A model generated the notes under the pieces. It was not told where the DNA came from and ran no database searches. It worked only from the letters and a program-made list of their open reading frames with translations. Both the position numbers and the translations under genes were made by a program. A stretch of DNA of 64,000 nucleotides from Geosiphon pyriformis uo1 (Eukaryota > Fungi > Glomeromycota): contig JAAOMT010000275.1 of NCBI GenBank assembly GCA_016748015.1, positions 1 to 64,000 of the forward strand, given 5' to 3'. Positions 53,941 through 64,000 of this stretch are shown here, piece after piece. Each line of letters starts with the position of its first letter. Positions within the stretch are counted from its first letter, which is position 1.

Positions 53941-56253
53941 GCTCTTTGTTTTCTTAATTTTATGACCATAATCAAAACAAAGAGTAAAAAAGCTGCACCT
54001 GATATCTGTCCTGAGATATCTAATAAAATTTCAACCAGAGGAGCTCTTTCTGTTGTAGAAGCAACTAGGCAGAACGTTTTAGAAGCCTTTCTTTTACCCA
54101 GTAATTGTGAAAAGCTGCCTTTGGTAGCCACTAAAGCAACTTTTTTATCTTTGGCTGGTTTCTTATCAGTCAAAATTCCCTCAAAGAGACACACTTGAGT
54201 TAGTTCTAGTGTTGCCTCTACCCCTACTAAGAGCCCAAAAATATTCAATAATAGACCAGTTAATAAGCTGGTGTTTCTCTCCATAGCTTTACCATCTGGT
54301 GCTTCTAACACCTCCTCCTCAAAAAAAATGGTCAAAAAGACCAAAAGTTCAGAAAAGTAGAGACAGTTGTCTGTCTCTGCTATTGTTACACCGAACCCCT
54401 TTGTGGTTCCAAATAAGATCTTAGATGAGATCTCCATAGCATCATCCAGCATGTTATCCAAAATGGGCCAAGATCAACCACTGGTTGTGTTGCCAAATGT
54501 GGTGTCTTTTAACAGATCTTTGCTGGTTTTGGAAGCAAAGCAATCTTCTTCTGTTGGGTTATCTGTTCTTGTGAACTGGGCTGATCAAATGGAAACTAAA
54601 TCATCTTCTTCTCTAGTTTTTGGTGCTACTTTTGGTGGTGCTTAGGAAACTATTACTAGTCATCAAAAGTTTGCTGGGTGGATGGTTTCCATTCTGGTGC
54701 CTAATGCTACTTTCAAGATCAAATTGGCTCATGTTAAGACTGTTTTTCAGTCAGTACATGGTTTTTTGGATGCAAAGTCAGTATCAAAAGACAATATGAA
54801 ACTGTTTTGTATGAAGTTTGCTTCTCAAGTGTCTTTGAAAGCTGCATTTTTGGTTGAGTTTACAAGCTCTGTACATTTGGCCACCCTTAAAATTGCCAAG
54901 TTTTTGGTGATTTTTGAGTCTGGCTCCCCTTTTGTTGCTGTTGCATTGTATAATATGTCTTTGGGTGTATCTGCTGCTGACATTAAGACAGCTCTCAGTG
55001 TTTTTGGTGTGGTTACTTGTGTTGTGCTGAAGCCTGCTGGCATTTGGCAATATGTGGTGGTTTATTTTGAGGAATTGGTTGCTGTCATATCTGCTCTTAA
55101 TCACTGGTCAGTTTTGGTGGGCAAAGATAGTGTTCAGATTTTTCTTCTTGTAAATCAACAAGAAACAATTGTGTCTCATGATAGGTTTAAGGCCAAGTTA
55201 ATCAACCTTCTTCCTGGCTGCACTGCTTTTGAAATCAGTAATATGATTTTTCAAGTTGGTGGTCAGACTTGTTTTATTCTTTGGTCTCCTGATTTTGGTC
55301 ATTGTTTCTGCTTTGCTTTGGTCACATTTGGCTCTCAAGCTGATTTAAATCTTACTGTTGTTAAAACTGGTACACTAAAAAAGTGCCGTATCTGGTGAAA
55401 AACTCCTGGTTGTAAGTGCTGTTTTAAGTGCCAAGAGACTGGTCATCTGGCTGTTGACTATAAGATGTTTTTGTCTTTTCTTCTCAAGATTCCCAAAGTG
55501 TTCAATCCCTATTTTGTAAATAATGTCTCTTATGCTAAAGCTTCTGCCTCTCTAAGTAGTTCTGGATTTCTTCTTTTGGTGGCTTCTGATTTGCTGGCTT
55601 TTCCACTTGCTGCATCTTTTGCCACTTCCATTGTTAACTCTGCCATCGAGCTTAGGTTAAATTTTATAGAAAAACAGATTTTGGATCTGACTGCTTTGGT
55701 TAAGTCTGTTATTGAGCCAATTGGTTCTTTGGTTACTTTGGTTACTACTCTTTTAAATGATAATGCTATCAAGGCTCTAAAGGTTGAGAAAGATTTCCTG
55801 ACTATGTGTAATGCCTCCAAGGACTTTGTTGATTTTTTGGTTGGTATATCTAAGGATTTTGCCTGTCTTAAGGCTGAGATAGAGTTGAGTAATCTTGATG
55901 ATAATGATATTGGTACTGCCAAGGCTTCTCCATTGAGTGATAACACAATTGACCATGTGGTTGCTTTGTGGTAAATGTGTGGTCCTGAAGTTAAAGGTAA
56001 TAGTAAAAAAACTAGATTGTTTTTTAGTGAGTTTATTTTTGATTCTAGAAATTTGGATGGTATTATTAAAAAACTTAGTGAGCTGGGTTTCCTCCCAGCT
56101 TCTTTTGATTCAGCTTAGTTGGTGTTTTAACTGACTCAGATGGTTGGTCATATGTAGAAAGAGTGTGAGACACATCTAATTTGTAATCCCATAATGGTAC
56201 AGTGTATTAGATAGTGTTTGGACACACTTTGTTAAAACGTTAATAAAAAAAAA
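53941..56253 (+). mobile_element. Non-autonomous ORF1-only (HAL1-like) retrotransposon, 2.3 kb
   Basis: One frame from ATG 53962 to TAG 56118 is followed directly by a LINE-type 3' module and poly(A). TSD TAATCAAA at 53933-53940 and 56254-56261. No APE or RT. Confidence 0.85.
53962..56118 (+). pseudogene. 718-codon ORF1-like protein (RRM-like region, CCHC knuckle, coiled coil)
   Basis: ORF-track pieces 53905, 54367, 54682 and 55465 share one frame. WSVLVGKDSV matches LINE ORF1 WSILIGKDAV; knuckle CFKCQETGHLAVD(C>Y). Confidence 0.82.
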
Positions 56254-56772
56254 TAATCAAATAAAAACTGAATTAATCTTTTTTTTTGTTTTTTAATACT
56301 GTTTTTGATAATATCTAAAAAATAATTTTCAATTATTAAAAATTTTTTAAATAAATAATTTTTATTTTAGTATCTAATATTATATTTAAAATCAAATTAG
56401 TCTTAGTTTTATTAAATTCAAATTAGTTTTAAAGAATAATATTAAATTATTTTGTATAAATTTTGCTTCTAAAACTTTTTTAATTATTACTATTAAAGTT
56501 TTGATTAGTGGTTTTTTTTAACTATTCTTAAAATTGTAAAATTTTTTATAATGCCTTTTGGTTTTTTTCTTTTTATTTTTGCTATATTTTGTAATATTTT
56601 TTTTAACATATTTTTTAATAATATTAAAAATACTTTTAATGTTTTTGGTATTATTATTTCAATTAAATTAAAATCAATTGGCTTATAGTAATATGTTATT
56701 ATTAATTTTAAATTTTTTTTTCTGTATTGTTGTTCTTAGTAATTAATTTGTACTAAAAAAAACAGTATTAAG

Positions 56773-58445
56773 ATTTTTTTTTTTTTTTAAATTCGTTTAA
56801 TGAGTAAAGTCCAAACACAATCTAGTACTATACATCATTCAAATGATCTAAACTAGGAGTGAATCATGCATTTTCCACACGTGACCAGCCACTCAGGCCA
56901 ACCAGAACAACACTAAGCACCTATGTGAATGGAAACTACATTATCAATACTTAAAAAAACAAACAGGACTTGCAAAACCTGAAACCAATGCCAAAAGTCT
57001 CAACAATACCTAACAATCTGACCACACTAGGAGAAAACAACAAAGTAGAACCAAAAACTGAAACCAGAATAGAACCGTCATGTGAGATAAGCCCATTCTT
57101 TTCCATAAAAGTCCGGTGTTTAGCACAAACCAGCCAGATATCATCCCGAAAGAAAAGACAGAATGCACACACAAAATCCACAATAACTGAAGTTGCAACT
57201 TTGGAATCCCTAAAAACTGAAACAGATTCATGAAACCAACCACTAAAAACAAAGCCCTTACACAGAGCTGTATCAACTGCAGCATTAGCAACACAAGTAG
57301 ACAGCAACTGTGAAACACACAAAAAAGACCGAACCAAGCCAGAGCACGCCTTCCAAGCCAATACATGGTCATCCAACAGCTGAGCACGACCAGCAGCCTC
57401 AAACGGACAAGAAAAAATATGGTTTGAGACCTCAATATCACCACAAAACAAACACACTACACTGGGATAACTCCTATCATATAAGTGCTTCTGCACAGCA
57501 ACAGGGAGCCGACAGTGAAAAGCCTTTATAAAGTACATCTGAAAGCCAGCAGTTTGTGCACTAGTGAAACCCAAAGCCAAGTGAGAGTCTGGATGCCAAA
57601 CCAGAAAAGACCTCAGCCAATCAATATTAGCATGCAAATTAGCTGAAACAACCTGAGAACTGGAACCAACCTCCCAACGCGCACAATAGATTGACCTAAA
57701 AACATCACAAACAAAATGTTTAGAATTACCAGAAACTGCATCAACACCAGTCTTAATAAACTTCTCATTGACTAAATAAGACAGATGCCAAACAGAGAAA
57801 GCAGCATCTCTAGCTAACGCATTAGCATGCTCATTGTCTGAAATGTCTGAATGACCTTTAATCTTAATTCAATTTACATCCAAATTTTTGCGACAAATGA
57901 CATTGACAATGTGATAACACTCAATCCAACAATGATTCTTGAAATCAGGACCAACCAAAAAAGACTCCGACCTGCAAGCATCTAAAGCCGTCTGGCTGTC
58001 CGAGAATAAGTCAACTAAATGAAAAGAAAGAACACACTCAAGAGCTAAAGCAATGGCCTGCAACTCCACCAAAGTAGAAGAAACCAAACCAGAAATCCCT
58101 ACACCCAGACCCGAATTAATGTCCTCAAAAAAAACTGCAGCACCAGCCAATATGTCAATAGTGCCCAAGTTACTCAGAGATCTATCTGTGTACACAAAGA
58201 GGCAGGTGGCACCAATATTCACCAGATCATTACAAATAACACCAAAACCAAGAGACTGACAGATGTCAGAAGAGCCACAAACACTCTCATGAGAAGAACG
58301 ATCAAAAGAAGAAACAACACTACCAAGAAAATGAACAGATAGATCAAACCAAGAGGGGACCAGGCCATGGAGGTCCAGTCTTTTCCAATGCTTGAAAGTT
58401 TTCCAATCAAAAACAACGCCATTTTGGTCACAAAGCTGTTTTACA
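56773..58445 (-). mobile_element. LINE copy E, 5'-truncated (RNaseH, zinc finger, 3' end)
   Basis: YTDRSL..VELQAI..DSQ and CLFCG..NHIFSC; 3' module ~56790-56915; T-tail. Candidate TSD AAGATTTTTTT at ~56770 and ~58446. Confidence 0.92.
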
Positions 58446-59149
58446 AAGATTTTTTTTTAATTAAAAAAAAATTATTATCTTAAAAAATACTTATAATACC
58501 AAATTAATCAATTTTTTTTGGCTATATTGTCTTTAAAATTAGTAATTTAATTTTTTAAGTTAATAATTATGTTTGCTTTTTTTTTATTTTTCTGATTTTT
58601 ATTATTATTAATACTTTGCTATTATAATATTTAAATTTTATAAGTTTTTAAATCTTGTTGTTATAAAAATTAGTACTTTATATAAATATTGTATCTAATA
58701 AAAAACTTTTAAATATTGTTATTATTATAAATATTAAAGTCTGAATTATTTGTTTAAAAATTATAAGATATTATTATTTTTTTGTTCTAAACTATTATTT
58801 AAGTTTATTATTAATTTTAATTTTTTGTTGATAAAAAATTTTATATTAAGGCTTTTGTCTTTTTGGTTTTTTTTTGCTATTTTTGTAATTGTTTTTATTG
58901 TTAATTTTAAGTTTAAATTTAGATTGGTTTTTTTTGGAATTTCAAATTATAAACTTGGCTAATTTGGTTAAGTTTATTATTAAATCTATTAATTTCTTAA
59001 TTATTTTAATTATCTTTTTTATTATTAAAGATATGTGCAAAAATCACAAAATAAAAAAAAACTTGCTTATTATTAATGTTTCTAAAAACTTTACTATTTT
59101 TTTGGCTGTGTATTTAAAAATTTTGCTTGTTTTAAAACTAAAATTAATT

Positions 59150-60884
59150 TTAATAACATAAACAAAATAAAATTAATATTATCAAAACACTTTTTTTAAG
59201 TAAAAATACATGTAATTATATAGTTGTTTTATAATAAATATATGATATTATTAACAGAAATTCAAACTATTAATTAGCATAAAATTATTTTTATAATTTT
59301 TATTATTAATTAATATATATTATTATTTATTATCTTATTAAATTATTAATTAATAATTCAATTTATACAAAACACAAATATAATCAAATTGTAATAATCA
59401 AATTATGTAATATATTGAATTATATAACATTCAAAATTTGCCAAAATATTTAAAAATTTGATAAAACACTCAACAATTTATTTAAATAACTTGTAGTTTA
59501 ATAAAATAAGTCTTTAGTTTACTAAAATATTAGAAAAAAAAGTAGTAAATTATAAAATAGTATTATAACAAATTGTATAAAAGAAAAACTTTTTTTTATA
59601 AGAAAATATATCTTAATTAAAATCAATTTTCTATAAAACTAACAATTTATTATTACAAATTAGTTTAATAAAATTATTTTAAAAATTCAATTTTTTAATT
59701 ATTATTGTTTTAAAATTAATTATTCTATATTAATATTTTAAAATTAATTAGCTAGTAATTTCAATAACTGTTAATACTTTTAAGCCCAAATTTAAAATAG
59801 TTTTTTTGAATATATTTTTTATTTCTTTTTTTTTAGTTGTTTTTAGTTGTTTTTTTTTATTATTAAGTAGTTTATAGTTGAGATTTTTTGTAAAAAAATT
59901 AACTTTTATAGCAAAATAACTATATGTTATTTAAAAAGCTTAAAAATAAATTTTTTTTGTAAAAAAATAAATTTTTATCACACAGTAATTACACAAAATA
60001 ATTGGTATACAATTGGTTATTCTATTATAAATCTAATAATATATATAATCTAAAATATAAAAAATACTTTAAAAGAAAATTTAACTTATTAAAAATTTAT
60101 TAACTTCTATTAAACAACAGAATTAATAGCAAAATAACATTAATAATATCAAAATAGGTAAAAAATCTTTAATGCTTTTTTAAAAATAATATAATAATAA
60201 TTAAATTAAAGTAATAACTATATATTAATATAACAACATAAAATATTATCAGTTAATTTATACTTATTACAAACAATAATTTGAAATACAAAACAAAATT
60301 ACAGTTATTAAAAAAACACTTTTTTTATATATTATAAACCAATCAATAATCATTTTTTTGGAGATTACAATATTACAAAAATTAAAATAAAATCTTCTTA
60401 AAAACTTAATTTATTATTTAAATACAAAATTACAAGTTATTAGTATAAATGTTTATATTATTTATTTTTAAGAACTTAATTATATTATTAAGTTTTATAA
60501 AAAAATACTCTGCTAACTTACAATTTATTTTTGAATTAGAATTAAAACCAAAAACAAATAGCAAAAAAACAAAAAAAAAAATTAGACCAATTTAAACAAC
60601 TTTTAACATATTCAAAATCACAACTAAATACTTATAAACATTTAAATAAGAAACAAATATTAATTTACTATTTTCAATTATATCTTTTTTAGCTTTACTT
60701 ACTTAAATACAAATTTTTAATTTATTATTTAATCAATTCTTAAAACCAAAAAACTTTGTAAAAAGTTTTATTTAATAGCCAAAACTAATTTATATAAGTA
60801 TTAATTTTCTTAATTATTTAATAAAAAATTAGAATAAATATTTAAAAACTTTAATTAATAAAAAAACACTTTGAACTTATTAAA

Positions 60885-60924
<40 letters not shown>

Positions 60925-62170
60925 TAAACAATAAAAAAAACAATAAAGAAATAGTCACTGTTTACATCACAAAAAATTCTAATTTTTTTAAAAAAAATAT
61001 TGAAACCAGTTTTTAAAAATAACTTAACCAAATTACCAAAGCAGAAAATGCAAATGAATAAATTACAATAAAAATATTAAAAACAATTTTTTATTTTTTT
61101 AAAAAAATTGTAAGTAAATGATTTAAAAACTTGAAAATTTTTTTTGCAAATTAACAAGTCTTTAAAACTGCTTTTTTCGACAATTTACAAACAACAACAC
61201 TTTAATTACTCTTCATAATTATTTTCAAAATATTAAACAAAAACTATTTAAATCTGTTATAATTTATATTAAAAAATTCAATAAACTTTTTAGAAGAATT
61301 TGTTAACTAAAAACAAATACTTATTACTTTAATGCTTAAATTTTAGATTAATTTATTGCTAAACTTAAAAACAAACTTATTAAAAAATTTGTCTATATGC
61401 TCTAACAAATTTAACTACTGTTATTTAATATGCTAAAAACTATAAAATGACTATAAAAAAAGCAAACTGAATCAAACTTGTTAACTTAGTCATTAGAAAA
61501 ACTAGTTTAATAATTGAAAAAATTAATTAATTAACAAAAAAAATTAAAACTTATTTTGCTAATTAACAGCAAAAATATTAGCTATTTTAACAACAAAATT
61601 AAAGCAATTTTTTATTATTATTAAACTTTAACAATCAACTTTAACAATCTAACTATTATTATTATAAAATTCTAGAACACTAGAAATATAATTGTCAAAA
61701 AATACAGAGAGATTAACAAAAATAAAATAATCAATGTATTTTTTTAATAACAGTAATTATATTTTTTATTATTACTACTATCTATTTACTATTCACAAAA
61801 ATCACAATCTAATTATTATTAGTTTGCACTATAATAACAATATTATTAACAATTTTTAATTTAAAATTATTTGTTATTAGCAAAAAAATTAATTTAATTT
61901 AATTTATTTATATTATAAAACTATTTTTAATCTAACAATAACAAAATTGGTTTTAACAATTAATTAGTGTCTTGTAATAATAATTAACAATTACCAAGAC
62001 ATTTTATATTCAATCTAACTATTTTATAATATTAAAAAACCAGAATTTTTATTATATTATACTTTTAAAAAATAGAACTACAGCACAATAACAAAATTTT
62101 TATAATAATATTATAATTTTATTAGCTAAAATAACCAAAAATAGCAATATTTTAAATATATTTTTATTTG
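59150..62170 (+). mobile_element. Extremely eroded gypsy (gag) fossil; boundaries uncertain
   Basis: Around 61350-61560, ignoring a frameshift, it reads FIAKLKNKLIKK...YAKNYKMTIKKAN..KLVNLVI, a gag capsid-like pattern parallel to G2 FIRGL...ARDF..AELKAN..NLV. The rest is extremely AT-rich. Confidence 0.5.
60885..60923 (+). repeat. (AAT)13 microsatellite
   Basis: Direct reading of the sequence. Confidence 0.9.
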
Positions 62171-62172
62171 AA

Positions 62173-64000
62173 TTTTTTTTTATTTGCTTTACAAGTGAGG
62201 TTTAAACACTATCTAATGCTATATATCAAAGAAATGATCTAAACTAGGTGTAAATTATGTATTTTCTACATGTGACCAGCCACTTGGGCCAATCAGAATG
62301 ACACTACGCAACTATATAAACTAAAACTGAGTTACTCACACCTGAAAAAAATAAACAAGATTTGTGAAAGCCAAAACAAACACCAAAAGCATCAGTTACA
62401 CTAAGCAATTTGACCATCTCAGCTGACAACCCTGAGGCCAAACCAGAAACCGAGATAAAAACCAAGTCATCAAGTGGAATCAACCCATATTTTTCCATAT
62501 AAGCACAATGTTTAGTACAAACTGACCAGACATCACTTCTAAAAACCAGGCTAAGAGAGTGCACAAATTTGACAATCTCCAAGCCAGCAACTTTGGAGTC
62601 ATAAAAAACAGCAACCACCTTATAAAACCAACCATCAAAAACAAAATCCTTATAAAGAACCATAGACAAAGATAAGTCAGAAGCACAAGATGACAATAAT
62701 TGCAATATGTCTGAAGAAGAATATGTGAGACCAGAAGCTGCCTTTCAAGATTTCAGCAACTGACATCAAACAGAATCATCAATTCTGCAAGAAAACACAT
62801 AATCTGATGTCTTTACATTACCATAATATAAGCACAACACACTTGGATATAGTCTATTATAAAGGCACTTCCGAACAGCAACTGGTAACTGGTGGTGCAA
62901 AGCTTTCATAAAATAAGTACATGTATTAGCCAAGGGTTTGCTGGTAAAACTGGCGGCCATGTACAAGTCAGGGTGCCATACCAAAGATGAACAGAGCCAA
63001 TCAACCTCAGAAAGCAAACTGTTCACCAAAAACTTGGAACCAGAGCCAACCTCCCAGTGCACATGACAAACTGAGTGATAAATATCATGGACAAAATGTC
63101 TGGAATTGTCAGAAACAACACTGCCATTAGCCAATATGAAGTGTTTACCCAAGTGAGAAGGAAAATACCAACTAGAGAAAGAAGTTCCACTGGCTATTAC
63201 ATCTACATGCTCATTCTCTAAAACACTAGAGTGACCTTTAACTTTATGCCAACTGACCCTTAATTCTTACTGCAAATAATATTGACAATATGATGACATT
63301 CAACCCAACACTAATTACAAAAGTCAGAACACACCAGACCCAATTTTGACCTACAGGCATTCAGAGCAGATTGACTATCTGAGAACAATTTAACAGAGCT
63401 TAGCAAGGGAACACACTCCAGAGCCAGTGCAATAGCCTGCAACTTCATCAAAGTTAATGACATCAAACCTGACACACCAATACCCAAACTCACATCAATG
63501 TCTTTGAAAAAGGTAGTAGCACCAGTTCTACATCTAACTGTTTCCAAATTATTAAGGAACCCATCAGTATACACTGACAGACTGTCAGCATGCACTTGTG
63601 AGAAACAATCACAGACAGAAACAAAATCACAAAAATCAAGAATGTTCAAAGAATCAACACTGGTTAAAACTGAAGGATGAGTAAGAGAGGAACCTCCAAC
63701 ATTAAGAAACACCACAGAAAGCTTAAACCACTCAAGAACAGGACCACGGGGGTCTAATCTCTTCCAATACTTGAAGGTATGCCAATCAAAAACAGAACCA
63801 TGATGATCATGAAGTTGATCCACAAAGACAATACCATACTGCCAGAGAGAAGGAGAGAACTTGAGAAATTGGGATTTGTCCAGAATGTTTGACATAGGGA
63901 CCCTACCATAAAACCAAAAGAAATTGGCCAAAAAGCTGCCCAGAGACAAATTACAATCAAGAAGAATGCAAACCATGCCCACCAAAAAATTATTGGAAGC
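62173..64000 (-). mobile_element. LINE copy F, 3' part (continues beyond the window)
   Basis: RNaseH (YTDGFL..KLQAI..DSQ), zinc finger, ORF2 end at 62304, 3' module ~62190-62305, T-tail 62173-62181. Confidence 0.92.

Larger units (their letters stand above)
53270..59150 (+). mobile_element. Old AT-eroded copy of the ORF1-only element (pieces 53270-53940, 56254-56772, 58446-~59150)
   Basis: Each piece aligns colinearly to the young copy: 53301~53962, 56254~54582, 58446~55135, 58660~55358. Confidence 0.78.

Overview
Eukaryotic (fungal) genomic DNA, roughly 85-90% retrotransposon-derived. The TE protein style recalls Glomeromycota such as Geosiphon; this is from memory and not verified. A single CpG-rich host-gene island (~46.7-52.3 kb) carries two intron-rich minus-strand genes, COG5 and RPS12 (eS12). 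The rest is a nested pile of decayed retroelements whose insertion order can be read from target-site duplications (TSDs). (i) Six copies of an L1-like LINE family (ORF1 with RRM-like region and CCHC knuckle; ORF2 APE-RT-RNaseH-zinc finger) share a ~125-nt structured 3' end. (ii) A Ty3/gypsy element (10514-31366, TSD ATGT) inserted into an old LINE and was itself hit by a related full element (17053-27085, TSD ACAG) and a solo LTR (27783-28650, TSD CTGG). Both gypsy copies carry a Cys-rich domain, a dUTPase, an apparently separate integrase ORF and an extra 3' ORF. (iii) Another solo LTR lies inside a LINE RT. (iv) A 2.3-kb ORF1-only, poly(A)-tailed, TSD-flanked non-autonomous 'half-LINE' (53941-56253) sits inside an older copy of itself. 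All long TE copies are riddled with C>T/G>A transitions, including non-CpG sites. Where I could align them, the AT-rich deserts are saturated TE fossils, suggesting a RIP-like or methylation-driven genome defence. A 261-bp duplication around the N-gap is probably an assembly artefact.
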